DNA of 64,000 nucleotides. It comes from an uncultured Candidatus Saccharibacteria bacterium. GTDB taxonomy: Bacteria > Patescibacteriota > Minisyncoccia > Phycocordibacterales > UBA9973. Numbering within the stretch: the first letter of the stretch is position 1; every line of letters starts with the position of its first letter. The stretch is taken from NCBI GenBank assembly GCA_964599225.1, contig CAZRDO010000001.1:15153-79152 (forward strand), read 5' to 3'. The notes under the pieces are model-generated. The model had not been told where the DNA came from. It did no database searches and was given only the letters and a program-made list of their open reading frames with translations. This document shows positions 40,858 to 49,756 of the stretch, in pieces. The position numbers were made by a program, and so were the translations under genes.

Positions 40858-41320
40858 GTTGTATGGAGAGATTTTTTTGCTGAGAATTGATTTTATCAAT
40901 CTTATCTCTCAGCTCCTCAGTCTCTTTCGAAGGTCCTTTCTTTTTTATCAGGCAAGAACGCTGAAAATGATATGCCTGTTTCTGTTTATATAATATTTCT
41001 TGTTGAGAAATATATTCATCAATTAGAAAAAATATTTCAACAATTGCCCTAATTTTTCCCTTATTTAAGTCAAGGACTTTGCTAAGATGACTATGTGCAT
41101 CAAGCTTATTTTTTTGACCAACAATGCAAGCAGTCAACTGATTTACCAAATCCTCTGATATTGCATTTGAACCAATGGTTGTGATTAATTCGCTATTGAT
41201 AAAATTAGCAATTTCAACCGCCCTCCGTTGGGGCTTTATATGCCGTATCGTATCAAGTACTTGATGACAAAAAGGGTTGGGGAAATAATTTCTTAATAAT
41301 TTAATTACACTCAGGATCAT
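40838..41320 (-). CDS. Hypothetical protein
   Basis: 160-aa AT-rich ORF; TTGACA-17-TATTAT upstream; stop lies inside the terminator. Confidence 0.6.
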   Translation of the reverse strand: MILSVIKLLRNYFPNPFCHQVLDTIRHIKPQRRAVEIANFINSELITTIGSNAISEDLVNQLTACIVGQKNKLDAHSHLSKVLDLNKGKIRAIVEIFFLIDEYISQQEILYKQKQAYHFQRSCLIKKKGPSKETEELRDKIDKINSQQKNLSIQQKTQAT

Positions 41321-41428
41321 AATATGCTTATTTTCTCCTTATATAATAAGGCTAAATTGAGTTTTTGTCAAACCTGAGCTTTTGTATCCTAACTTGTGGG
41401 AGCGAGATTAATTCACTATACTGAAAGC

Positions 41429-42859
41429 ATGAACGCCTATTACCCAACAATCGGCCTCGAAATCCACGCCGAACTCAAAACAAATTCAAAAATGTTCTGT
41501 GGCTGTAAGAATGATCCTGATGAAGAGAGTCCTAACACAAATATCTGTCCTGTCTGTACAGCAGAGCCCGGTGCACTTCCCGTGCCAAACAAGAAGGCGA
41601 TTGAACACGTCATTCGTACAGGTCTCGCAGTTGGTGGGACGATTGCTGATTTCACAGAATTCGATCGTAAGAATTATTTCTATCCTGATATTCCCAAAGG
41701 ATATCAGATCTCTCAGTATAAATACCCGATCGTCTCAGGTGGTATGCTTGCCGACTTCTCACTCACTCGCATCCATCTCGAGGAAGATACTGCGAACAAC
41801 AAGCACGATCGTGGGGACTATTCTCTGATTGATTTTAATCGCTCTGGGGTACCACTGATGGAACTTGTTACTGAACCGCATACATTCGAGAGTGCTGAAA
41901 ACGCGGCCAAAGCGGCAGGGAAGTTTGCGAGAGAGTTTCAGTTACTTCTCCTCTATCTCGGAGTGTCAGAAGCTAATATGGAGAAAGGTGAGCTTCGAGT
42001 TGAGGCAAATATTTCATTATCAAACAGTAAAGAGAAGCTCAATGATAATAGAGTCGAAGTCAAAAATTTGAACTCATTCCGATCAGCTGAGAGAGCAATC
42101 ATATTTGAACTCAACCGGATGCAGAAATTATTTGAAGAAGGAAAGGAAAGCGAAATTGTCCAGGAAACTCGTGGTTGGAACGAAGCGAAGCAGGAGACAT
42201 TTTCGCAGCGAACAAAGGAAAATGCACAGGATTACCGCTATTTCCCAGAACCAGACATCCCTAAGTTTAAACTGCACACCCTCTTTGATATTGAGAAATT
42301 AAAAACTGAACTTCCAGAATTACCAGAGGCTAAACGAGCTCGCTATCGAAGTGAATATGGAATCAAGGATGAAGATATTGAAAGCTATGTCACTGATGTG
42401 GCACTCGGAGCCTGGTTTGAAGAAGTTTCAAGCATACTTCAAGATAAAGAAAAAGTTAAAGTTGCTTCCAACTATGTCACCTCTGATCTTATAGGAATTC
42501 TAAAGAAAGATAGTCCTTCAAAAATGCCCAAGGCTCTGCACTTTGCAGAATTGATTTCTATGGTTAGCGATGGATTGCTTACTTCACGAAGCGCAAAAGA
42601 TATATTACTTGTACTTACAACGACAGAGATTTCGCCAAACCTCTATGCCAAGGAAAAAGGATTACTACAGAGCACGGACAAGGATGCATTCAAAAAAATG
42701 GTACAAAATGTCATAGCTTCAAATCCGAAAGTGGTGGCTGATTACAAATCTGGCAAGGGAGCATCTCTCCAGTTTTTGGTAGGACAAATTATGAAAGAAT
42801 CCAAGGGCTCTGCAAACCCGAAAGTCATTACAGAACTTCTCACTGAGCTTTTACAATAA
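41429..42859 (+). CDS. gatB: Asp/Glu-tRNA amidotransferase subunit B
   Basis: IGLEIHAEL, FDRKNYFYPDIPKGYQISQ, IHLEED, DYRYFPEPD. Confidence 0.98.
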   Translation: MNAYYPTIGLEIHAELKTNSKMFCGCKNDPDEESPNTNICPVCTAEPGALPVPNKKAIEHVIRTGLAVGGTIADFTEFDRKNYFYPDIPKGYQISQYKYPIVSGGMLADFSLTRIHLEEDTANNKHDRGDYSLIDFNRSGVPLMELVTEPHTFESAENAAKAAGKFAREFQLLLLYLGVSEANMEKGELRVEANISLSNSKEKLNDNRVEVKNLNSFRSAERAIIFELNRMQKLFEEGKESEIVQETRGWNEAKQETFSQRTKENAQDYRYFPEPDIPKFKLHTLFDIEKLKTELPELPEAKRARYRSEYGIKDEDIESYVTDVALGAWFEEVSSILQDKEKVKVASNYVTSDLIGILKKDSPSKMPKALHFAELISMVSDGLLTSRSAKDILLVLTTTEISPNLYAKEKGLLQSTDKDAFKKMVQNVIASNPKVVADYKSGKGASLQFLVGQIMKESKGSANPKVITELLTELLQ

Positions 42860-42886
42860 GTGTACTTAATGATATAGATATACTAT

Positions 42887-43384
42887 ATGAAAAATTCAAT
42901 TATATTTGTCGCTATTACGGTCTTAGTTCTTGGTGGAATTTACTTTATTCACAAAAGTAGTGGCGAGATTGAGAAAGCCACAACTGTCGCTGGCACCTCT
43001 TCAAGTCGTGATGTTGCACTTCTCTGTACTACTGACATGGCCACTCAATATCACATTCACCCAATACTAGAAATTATTATAAATGGTGAAAAACAGGTTA
43101 TTCCAAAAGATATTGGCATCACGCCGACATGCATGCGCTCACTCCACACGCATGATGAGACAGGCACGCTCCATGTAGAGTCACCAGTACAGAAGGATTT
43201 CACACTGGGCGATTTCTTCGCAGTCTGGGACAAACCATTTGATAGCATGCATATTCTTAACATGACAGCAACGGAACCAGGTCTTATTACAATGACCGTC
43301 AATGGTACAGAAGTTGATACATTTGAGAACACAATCCTCCATGATAAAGACCAGATTGTAATTACGGTAACTTCATTGAATTGA
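42887..43384 (+). CDS. Membrane-anchored His-rich hypothetical protein (possible metal binding)
   Basis: N-terminal TM; HIHP, LHTHD..G.LHVES, FTLGDFF..W. Confidence 0.7.
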   Translation: MKNSIIFVAITVLVLGGIYFIHKSSGEIEKATTVAGTSSSRDVALLCTTDMATQYHIHPILEIIINGEKQVIPKDIGITPTCMRSLHTHDETGTLHVESPVQKDFTLGDFFAVWDKPFDSMHILNMTATEPGLITMTVNGTEVDTFENTILHDKDQIVITVTSLN

Positions 43385-43416
43385 GATTTTAGAGGCGCTT
43401 TGTTACACTAAAGCCT

Positions 43417-44448
43417 ATGAATACAAAGAAAATACGAGTTGCGATTAATGGCTTCGGACGCATTGGCCGAGCATTTCTTAAGCTCGCCTGGGAAAGATCA
43501 GAAATTGAGATTGTTGCGGTTAATGACCTTGGTTCAATTGAGAGCCTCGCATACTTACTTAAACACGACACAGTCTACCGAACATGGGGGCATGAAGTTA
43601 CAGTTCTCGGAACTGATTTAGTCATTGATGGGAAAACAGTTAAATTTATTTCTGAGAAAGACACGACAAAACTCCCATGGCGCGATCTCTCGATCGATGT
43701 AGTCGTTGAATCGACTGGTCTCTTTACTGCTTTTGATAAGGCACAATTCCATATCGACAATGGCGCGAAGAAAGTTGTCATTTCAGCACCAGCAAAGGAA
43801 GGGGATAACGCTGGAGTAAAAGGTGAGACAATATTACTCGGGGTAAATGAAGACAAATTCGGTACCTGCGATATTACTTCAAACGCTTCATGTACGACGA
43901 ATGCCGCGAGTCCTCTTATTGCGATTCTCCATGAAGCTATTGGTATCGAGAAAGCAATTCTCAATACAGTACATGGTTATACCGCGAGCCAATCGCTTGT
44001 TGATGGGCCAAGTAAGAAAGACCTTCGTGAGGGCCGTGCAGCTGCCCAGAATATCGTACCGAGCTCAACTGGGGCTGCCATTGCAGTCACCAAAGCTTTC
44101 CCTGAGCTCACAGGCCTCTTCGATGGTATCTCTATCCGTGTGCCTGTACCTGCTGGTTCAATCGTCGATGTGACATTTATTGCTAAGCGTCCTACAACTG
44201 CAGAAGAAGTGAATGGAATTCTTACTAAGGCTTCAAATGACCCGCGCTGGAAGAATATATTTGCAGTTACTAATGAACCACTTGTCTCCTCTGACATTCT
44301 TGGTAATCCTCACGCTTCAATCGCTGACCTCGCCATGACACGAGTGGTGGATGGTAATCTTGTGAAAGTCATGGGTTGGTATGATAATGAAATGGGGTAT
44401 ACAGCTACTCTCGTCGATCATGTCATCAAGACAGGGAAGACTATCTAG
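43417..44448 (+). CDS. gap: Glyceraldehyde-3-phosphate dehydrogenase type I
   Basis: INGFGRIGR, SNASCTTN, IVPSSTGAA, WYDNE. Confidence 0.98.
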   Translation: MNTKKIRVAINGFGRIGRAFLKLAWERSEIEIVAVNDLGSIESLAYLLKHDTVYRTWGHEVTVLGTDLVIDGKTVKFISEKDTTKLPWRDLSIDVVVESTGLFTAFDKAQFHIDNGAKKVVISAPAKEGDNAGVKGETILLGVNEDKFGTCDITSNASCTTNAASPLIAILHEAIGIEKAILNTVHGYTASQSLVDGPSKKDLREGRAAAQNIVPSSTGAAIAVTKAFPELTGLFDGISIRVPVPAGSIVDVTFIAKRPTTAEEVNGILTKASNDPRWKNIFAVTNEPLVSSDILGNPHASIADLAMTRVVDGNLVKVMGWYDNEMGYTATLVDHVIKTGKTI

Positions 44449-44449
44449 T

Positions 44450-44665
44450 ATGGAAACAATCTACGTAAAACTCTTAGATGAAGGAACTGAAGTATTTAGA
44501 CCAGTACCTTCAGTCGAAGTAGAAACCAATGTATATAAACTAGGTAGTTTAGAATCAACTGAAGGTGATGAAAAATGGGAATTTGAGCCAGGAAGTATAG
44601 TAACTGTAGAGAATCGAATTTTAGGTGATGAATCAGTTCCTGTTGCGATTAAGTTGGTATCGTAA
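44450..44665 (+). CDS. Small acidic hypothetical protein
   Basis: METIYVKLLDEGTEVFRPV...WEFEPG; ATG 1 nt after the gap stop. Confidence 0.7.
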   Translation: METIYVKLLDEGTEVFRPVPSVEVETNVYKLGSLESTEGDEKWEFEPGSIVTVENRILGDESVPVAIKLVS

Positions 44666-44729
44666 TGAATTAGCATATACAGCTACCCTTATAGAGCATG
44701 TTATTAAGACAGGTAACCAAATAAAATAA
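44655..44729 (+). pseudogene. Relic copy of gap 3' end
   Basis: WYRNELAYTATLIEHVIKTGNQIK* versus Gap WYDNEMGYTATLVDHVIKTGKTI*. Confidence 0.85.
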
Positions 44730-44730
44730 T

Positions 44731-45222
44731 ATGGAAGATATAACAAAAAACCCAGGACAAATTATAGAGGAAAAATTTAAAAAACTTTTTAACTCTAAAT
44801 ACACTATTAAAGATGGTGACTCAGTTTGTGAAGTAGAGAAAAACCTTGTACAAACCTTCGAAAAAAATAATTTTATTGCCTGTATTTTTACTGAAAGATT
44901 TAATATTAAAGCACTTAAAGATGATGGTACCTGGAATTATATTGTTGTAGTAAATGTAGAGAATAATAAATATGGAGAAACTGAACATGATGACGACGCT
45001 AAAGAAATAATCGAACAATCTGAGGAGACCCACGGAAAATTAGAAACTAGGCCTTCAATAACATACTCTGAAATTATAGACTTAAAAAGCGATACGAGAA
45101 ACTCGAACAAAGTTCACGTAACGATTAAAATGGTGGATGGTTCAGTAAAGACAGAGACCATTAAAATTGATCCTGATAGTGATTTTAATAGCAAGACGGA
45201 AGATTCTGATCAAAAATGGTAA
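44731..45222 (+). CDS. Hypothetical acidic protein
   Basis: 163-aa AT-rich ORF; ATG 1 nt after the relic stop. Confidence 0.7.
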   Translation: MEDITKNPGQIIEEKFKKLFNSKYTIKDGDSVCEVEKNLVQTFEKNNFIACIFTERFNIKALKDDGTWNYIVVVNVENNKYGETEHDDDAKEIIEQSEETHGKLETRPSITYSEIIDLKSDTRNSNKVHVTIKMVDGSVKTETIKIDPDSDFNSKTEDSDQKW

Positions 45223-45413
45223 AATATTATTGAGACTGTCAAGAAATAATAATTTTACTGAATCTCAAATCGAAAGTTTGATAACTAAGCTTCGGAGCCT
45301 AATTCCAGACGAAAACCACATTCCGTAAGGATAGAGAGATAAAGAATTTAATTGATGAGTATGAGAAAAATATTTAATTATCATTTTAACCATCTTTAAT
45401 AAAATTTGAATAT

Positions 45414-45647
45414 ATGTCAAAAAGATTAAAGATATTGCTAATAACTGCCGCACTTATTGTAGTAGCGTCTCTGCCTATAATCCCAAAACAGATAGCCACA
45501 GGAGATGTGATTCCATGCTCAAATGAAGAGTCGGACAGACAGTCATGGAATGGCGGACTACCATACATCCCTATCTGTTATAGGGAGTCTAAAATTTTTG
45601 TGAGTGCCTTCGATTATTTTATTAAATGGAATAATATTTCGTTATAA
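45414..45647 (+). CDS. Small membrane-anchored Cys-loop protein
   Basis: TM, LPIIP, C..C loop. Confidence 0.7.
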   Translation: MSKRLKILLITAALIVVASLPIIPKQIATGDVIPCSNEESDRQSWNGGLPYIPICYRESKIFVSAFDYFIKWNNISL

Positions 45648-45654
45648 AAATACT

Positions 45655-45939
45655 ATGTTAATTTTTGCTATTTTAATAATCGTAATACTAATTTTAGTAT
45701 TGCCATTCAAAAAGTCACGGAGCTTTAAGTTCTCTCTCCTGGCTATAAGTATCCTTTTAGCTATCTTTTTTGTTAGATGCATACCAGTAGCCCAGGATTT
45801 AAGCTTTTGTGAAGGAGATTGCCCAAAAACACAAAAAACTACTATAATGGGATACATCGTGAAATTGGTAGACAAGGGCTATCCTGAACCTTATGTCTAT
45901 ATGCCTGGTGAGTCAGATGGCAAAAGATTGCCTATATAA
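45655..45939 (+). CDS. Small membrane-anchored Cys-loop protein
   Basis: Two TM segments, CIP, CEGDC. Confidence 0.7.
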   Translation: MLIFAILIIVILILVLPFKKSRSFKFSLLAISILLAIFFVRCIPVAQDLSFCEGDCPKTQKTTIMGYIVKLVDKGYPEPYVYMPGESDGKRLPI

Positions 45940-45957
45940 TAATTAATTTACATTCAA

Positions 45958-46191
45958 ATGATCAAAACAGTCATCATTATTGCAATAGTCGCACTTGGTT
46001 GGTACTCATGGACTCATCCGATCATCCCATACAAAGGTGAGAAGATAACTCTGGCTTCAATTATTAAGCCGCTCATCGAAAACCATACCGTTGAAGTTGG
46101 TTGTACGATGGAAGCTAAGATTTGTCCTGATGGCTCAGCAGTCGGTCGCAGTGGCCCATTGTGCGAATTTGAAAAGTGTCCAGGAGAATAG
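45958..46191 (+). CDS. Small membrane-anchored protein with CTMEAKICPDGS Cys-rich module
   Basis: TM, HPIIP, then CTMEAKICPDGSAVGRSGPLCEFEKCP, a module recurrent in CPR surface proteins. Confidence 0.75.
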   Translation: MIKTVIIIAIVALGWYSWTHPIIPYKGEKITLASIIKPLIENHTVEVGCTMEAKICPDGSAVGRSGPLCEFEKCPGE

Positions 46192-46247
46192 AGGCTCAGA
46201 GATAGACACTTATCCTAGTCATTAAATTAATAATTAGACCTACTAAA

Positions 46248-46430
46248 ATGTCGGAAAGAACGAAAATAATTCTCTTTGGGATTGCAATTCTACTGCTTAT
46301 CTATTTTTTCGTTCCAATTGTATCGGTCTCTAATAACTGTCAGGACTTTGCTGGACCAGGATCATCTTCTTGTGAAATAGAAACCACTTGGGTACCATTG
46401 TATAAATGCCACGCTATTACTACTTGTTAG
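46248..46430 (+). CDS. Small membrane-anchored Cys-loop protein
   Basis: TM, VPIVS, four Cys. Confidence 0.65.
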   Translation: MSERTKIILFGIAILLLIYFFVPIVSVSNNCQDFAGPGSSSCEIETTWVPLYKCHAITTC

Positions 46431-46448
46431 GTTAAATTTAAGTAATTT

Positions 46449-46931
46449 ATGAAAATTTACATTGGAGCAGATCATGCAGGGTATACACTCAAGGGCCTTC
46501 TCAAAGCCTATTTGAGCGAATTAGGGTATGAAGTAGAAGATAAAGGGGCATTTGAATTCGTTGAGCATGATGACTACCCTGATTATGTGAGCGCTGTTAC
46601 AGAATCAGTTCTAGGTACGCCTGGAAGTTTTGGTATTGTGCTCTGTGGCACAGGAGAAGGCGAGATTATGGCAGCCAATAGAGTTCCTGGTATTAGAGCT
46701 GCACTTTTCTATGGCCCAATGCTACCAAAAAGTCCCGTGGAAATTAACGGCCGAGAGAGTACTGATCCGTATGAAATTGTGAAGCTCGCCCGACTCCACA
46801 ATGATGCAAATATTCTTGCACTCTCAGCTCGCTTTATTAGTGAGGATGAAGCGCGAGAGGCAATTCGGGTATTCCTCGAAACTAAATTCTTGAACGAAGA
46901 GCGTCATGTTCGAAGGCTTTCAAAATTCTAA
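46449..46931 (+). CDS. rpiB: Ribose-5-phosphate isomerase B
   Basis: IGADHAG, DDYPD, CGTG.G..MAAN, HNDANIL, RH.RR. Confidence 0.95.
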   Translation: MKIYIGADHAGYTLKGLLKAYLSELGYEVEDKGAFEFVEHDDYPDYVSAVTESVLGTPGSFGIVLCGTGEGEIMAANRVPGIRAALFYGPMLPKSPVEINGRESTDPYEIVKLARLHNDANILALSARFISEDEAREAIRVFLETKFLNEERHVRRLSKF

Positions 46932-46942
46932 TCCAAATAATT

Positions 46943-47647
46943 ATGGCCAAAATTATACCCTCAATTCTCACTGATGATTTCGAAGAAATTCGTAATAAAA
47001 TCCAACAATCTACTGCGCTTGGAGCTACTGAAGTCCAACTTGATATCTGCGACGGTGTATTTGTGCCAAGCCAGACGTGGCCGTATGCGAATAATGATGC
47101 TGGTGGAGAACTCGCGAGAATTTTAAGCGAAGAAGAAGGATTACCGCTATGGTCTCAAATTGATTATGAATTGGATCTTATGGTCTCCAGAGCGCATGAG
47201 CAGTTTGCGCTCTATTTGAAACTTGGTGCTAAGCGCATTATATTTCATATCGAAGCAGAGGGAAATCTTGATGAGTTTAAGGAATTCCTTGAGGGAATTG
47301 ACCTGGTCACACGTGACTTTACTAAAATCGGAGTCTCGATTGATATTGAAACTCCCATCGAGAAATTATTTTCTCTTCTCCCATATATAGATTTCGTTCA
47401 ATGTATGGGCATAGATCACATTGGTGCACAAGGAGAAGAGTTTAATCCAAAAGTCATAGAGAAAATTAAGGCACTGAATACTTATGAAAGCGACATGGAA
47501 ATCTCAATCGATGGAGGGGTAAATCTAGAGAATGCTCCCACTCTGATTGAAGCAGGTGCGAGTCGTCTGATGGTGGGCTCGGCACTATGGAAGAGCTCTA
47601 ACCCAGCCGATACTTTCCGAAAACTCCAAGAAATAGCAGAGGATTGA
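46943..47647 (+). CDS. rpe: Ribulose-phosphate 3-epimerase
   Basis: IIPSIL, QLDICDGVFVP, G.QG..F, IDGGVN, VGSA. Confidence 0.9.
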   Translation: MAKIIPSILTDDFEEIRNKIQQSTALGATEVQLDICDGVFVPSQTWPYANNDAGGELARILSEEEGLPLWSQIDYELDLMVSRAHEQFALYLKLGAKRIIFHIEAEGNLDEFKEFLEGIDLVTRDFTKIGVSIDIETPIEKLFSLLPYIDFVQCMGIDHIGAQGEEFNPKVIEKIKALNTYESDMEISIDGGVNLENAPTLIEAGASRLMVGSALWKSSNPADTFRKLQEIAED

Positions 47648-47671
47648 GAAATGATATACTAGTGCCTCAAG

Positions 47672-49441
47672 ATGACCCAAAGTGAAGCACTCACTATTTT
47701 AAAAACTGGTGCCAATGTCTTTCTGACTGGAGAGCCAGGCTCGGGCAAAACACATACTATTAATGAGTACGTGAAGTATTTACATGCACACGCCATCACA
47801 CCTGCGATTACTGCTTCAACAGGTATTGCTGCCACACATATTGGTGGGATGACGATACACTCATGGAGTGGACTCGGGATTCGAACGGAGCTTGATCGCT
47901 ACGCACTTGATAAAATCGCAACGACTGAATATGTTGCCAAGCGTATTCATCAAACCAAAGTACTCATCATTGATGAAATTTCAATGCTCCACTCAAACAT
48001 GCTCACAATGATTGATCGAGTGATTCGAGAAGTGAAAGGTACTGATGAACCATTTGGAGGGATGCAAGTGATTTTAGTTGGAGATTTTTTTCAACTACCA
48101 CCTATTTCCAAGGAAAACGGCAGTCGAGGTATTTCGAAAACTAGAAAATCAATATTTGATGAGACTGAATTCACGTATGATTTTTCTGAGAATACGAAAC
48201 CAGCTCTTCCAGAACTTGATTCAGATTTTGCGTTTAAATCATCATCTTGGGCAAGCTTAAAGCCGGTTGTCTGTTATCTAACTGAACAACATCGCCAAGA
48301 CGATGATGTGTACCTGAGTGTACTTAGTGCAATTCGTAGCAATAAATTTGATAGCACACATCAATCCTACCTTGAGGAGAGAATTGTGACTGATAGTAAT
48401 CTGCCTGAGGCCATGACACGACTCTTCTCACACAATGCCAACGTTGATGAACTCAATAACACGATGCTAAAGGGGTTAGCAAGTGTGGCCCATACGTACA
48501 CAATGTCAAGTCAGGGCAAGGAAGCTCTTGTCGCATCACTTAAAAAAGGCTGCCTCTCACCAGAAGAGCTAACCTTAAGAGTAGGGGCAAAAGTAATGTG
48601 TACCAAAAATAATCAGAATGCTGGTTTTGTAAACGGCACTCTCGGTGTGATTATTGATTTTGAGAAAGGCTCTCTTAGTCCAATTATTAAAACAACGAGT
48701 GGTAAACAAATTACGATCGAGCCGCAGACATGGAGTATTGAGGAGAACGGTAAGATTCGGGCAAGTATTTCTCAAATCCCACTTCGCCTCGCTTGGGCAA
48801 TCACGGTGCACAAAAGCCAGGGTATGAGTCTCGATGAAGCACTCATGGATCTGCGCGATATATTTGAATATGGACAAGGCTACGTCGCACTTTCACGCGT
48901 ACGAAGACTCTCTGGGCTCCACATCATTGGCTGGAATGAAAAAACATTTAAGGTACACCCTGAAATACTCAAAGTTGATGAAATGCTTCGGACTCAGTCT
49001 GAAAATGCAAGAATTGCATTTTCAGCGCTATCCGATAACGAACTAACAACAATGTACTCTAATTTTATTACTGCATCAGGCGGGAGACTTATGTCGAATA
49101 TTACGACAGATACACTCCATATAAAAAATAAAGAGCTTTCAACTCGTCACATAACTTTGGGATTACTGCGTGAAGGTCACTCTCTCGAAGAAATTATAGA
49201 CACACGAAATCTCAAAGCTGAAACCATACTCTCACATATTGAAGACCTCATTCGAGAGAGAGTGATTGCACCTCATGAAATTACTCGATTACTAAAACCA
49301 GAGGTAACAGATTCTCTTTCCTATATTCACAATATATTTAGAGAACTTGATACTGACAAATTGACCCCAGTTTACGAAGCACTCGACGGTAAATACTCAT
49401 ATACTGAGCTTCGCATTGCTCGGATTCTCCTAAACGCATGA
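47672..49441 (+). CDS. PIF1/RecD-like SF1B helicase with C-terminal HTH
   Basis: GEPGSGKT, TASTGIAA, IIDEISM, GDFFQLPP, TVHKSQG, YVALSR. Confidence 0.92.
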   Translation: MTQSEALTILKTGANVFLTGEPGSGKTHTINEYVKYLHAHAITPAITASTGIAATHIGGMTIHSWSGLGIRTELDRYALDKIATTEYVAKRIHQTKVLIIDEISMLHSNMLTMIDRVIREVKGTDEPFGGMQVILVGDFFQLPPISKENGSRGISKTRKSIFDETEFTYDFSENTKPALPELDSDFAFKSSSWASLKPVVCYLTEQHRQDDDVYLSVLSAIRSNKFDSTHQSYLEERIVTDSNLPEAMTRLFSHNANVDELNNTMLKGLASVAHTYTMSSQGKEALVASLKKGCLSPEELTLRVGAKVMCTKNNQNAGFVNGTLGVIIDFEKGSLSPIIKTTSGKQITIEPQTWSIEENGKIRASISQIPLRLAWAITVHKSQGMSLDEALMDLRDIFEYGQGYVALSRVRRLSGLHIIGWNEKTFKVHPEILKVDEMLRTQSENARIAFSALSDNELTTMYSNFITASGGRLMSNITTDTLHIKNKELSTRHITLGLLREGHSLEEIIDTRNLKAETILSHIEDLIRERVIAPHEITRLLKPEVTDSLSYIHNIFRELDTDKLTPVYEALDGKYSYTELRIARILLNA

Positions 49442-49445
49442 TATA

Positions 49446-49744
49446 CCCGCACACTTATTTTTTGCTTAAATATGTTTTACGTATACATACTCAAAAGTGA
49501 AATAGATAATGAACTATATATTGGCTCAACAAATGATCTAAGACGTAGGATTAAAGAGCACAATGAAGGCAAGAGTTTTTCTACACAATATAGAAGACCA
49601 TTTATTTTAATCTATTACGAAGCATATAGGGATGAGAGTGACGCAAGGAAAAAAGAAGCCTCATTAAAACTTCGTGGCAGTTCTCGTTTCCATTTGAAAC
49701 AGAGGATTATTAATTCACTTATAGCTAAAAAATAAGTGTGCGGG
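49446..49744. mobile_element. Inverted-repeat-bounded GIY-YIG mini-element, copy B
   Basis: Perfect 22-bp arms 49442-49463 TATACCCGCACACTTATTTTTT and 49727-49748; TATA on both flanks. Confidence 0.7.
49472..49735 (+). CDS. Small stand-alone GIY-YIG nuclease
   Basis: YVYILKS..LYIGST.DL.RR..EHN.G..ST..RRPF.LIYYEA. Confidence 0.93.
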   Translation: MFYVYILKSEIDNELYIGSTNDLRRRIKEHNEGKSFSTQYRRPFILIYYEAYRDESDARKKEASLKLRGSSRFHLKQRIINSLIAKK

Positions 49745-49756
49745 TATAATTACAAA

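Noticed and set aside
45414-46430. Diversity-generating retroelement or integron behind the microprotein array
   Set aside because: No reverse transcriptase, TR/VR pair, integrase or attC-like repeats seen in the window
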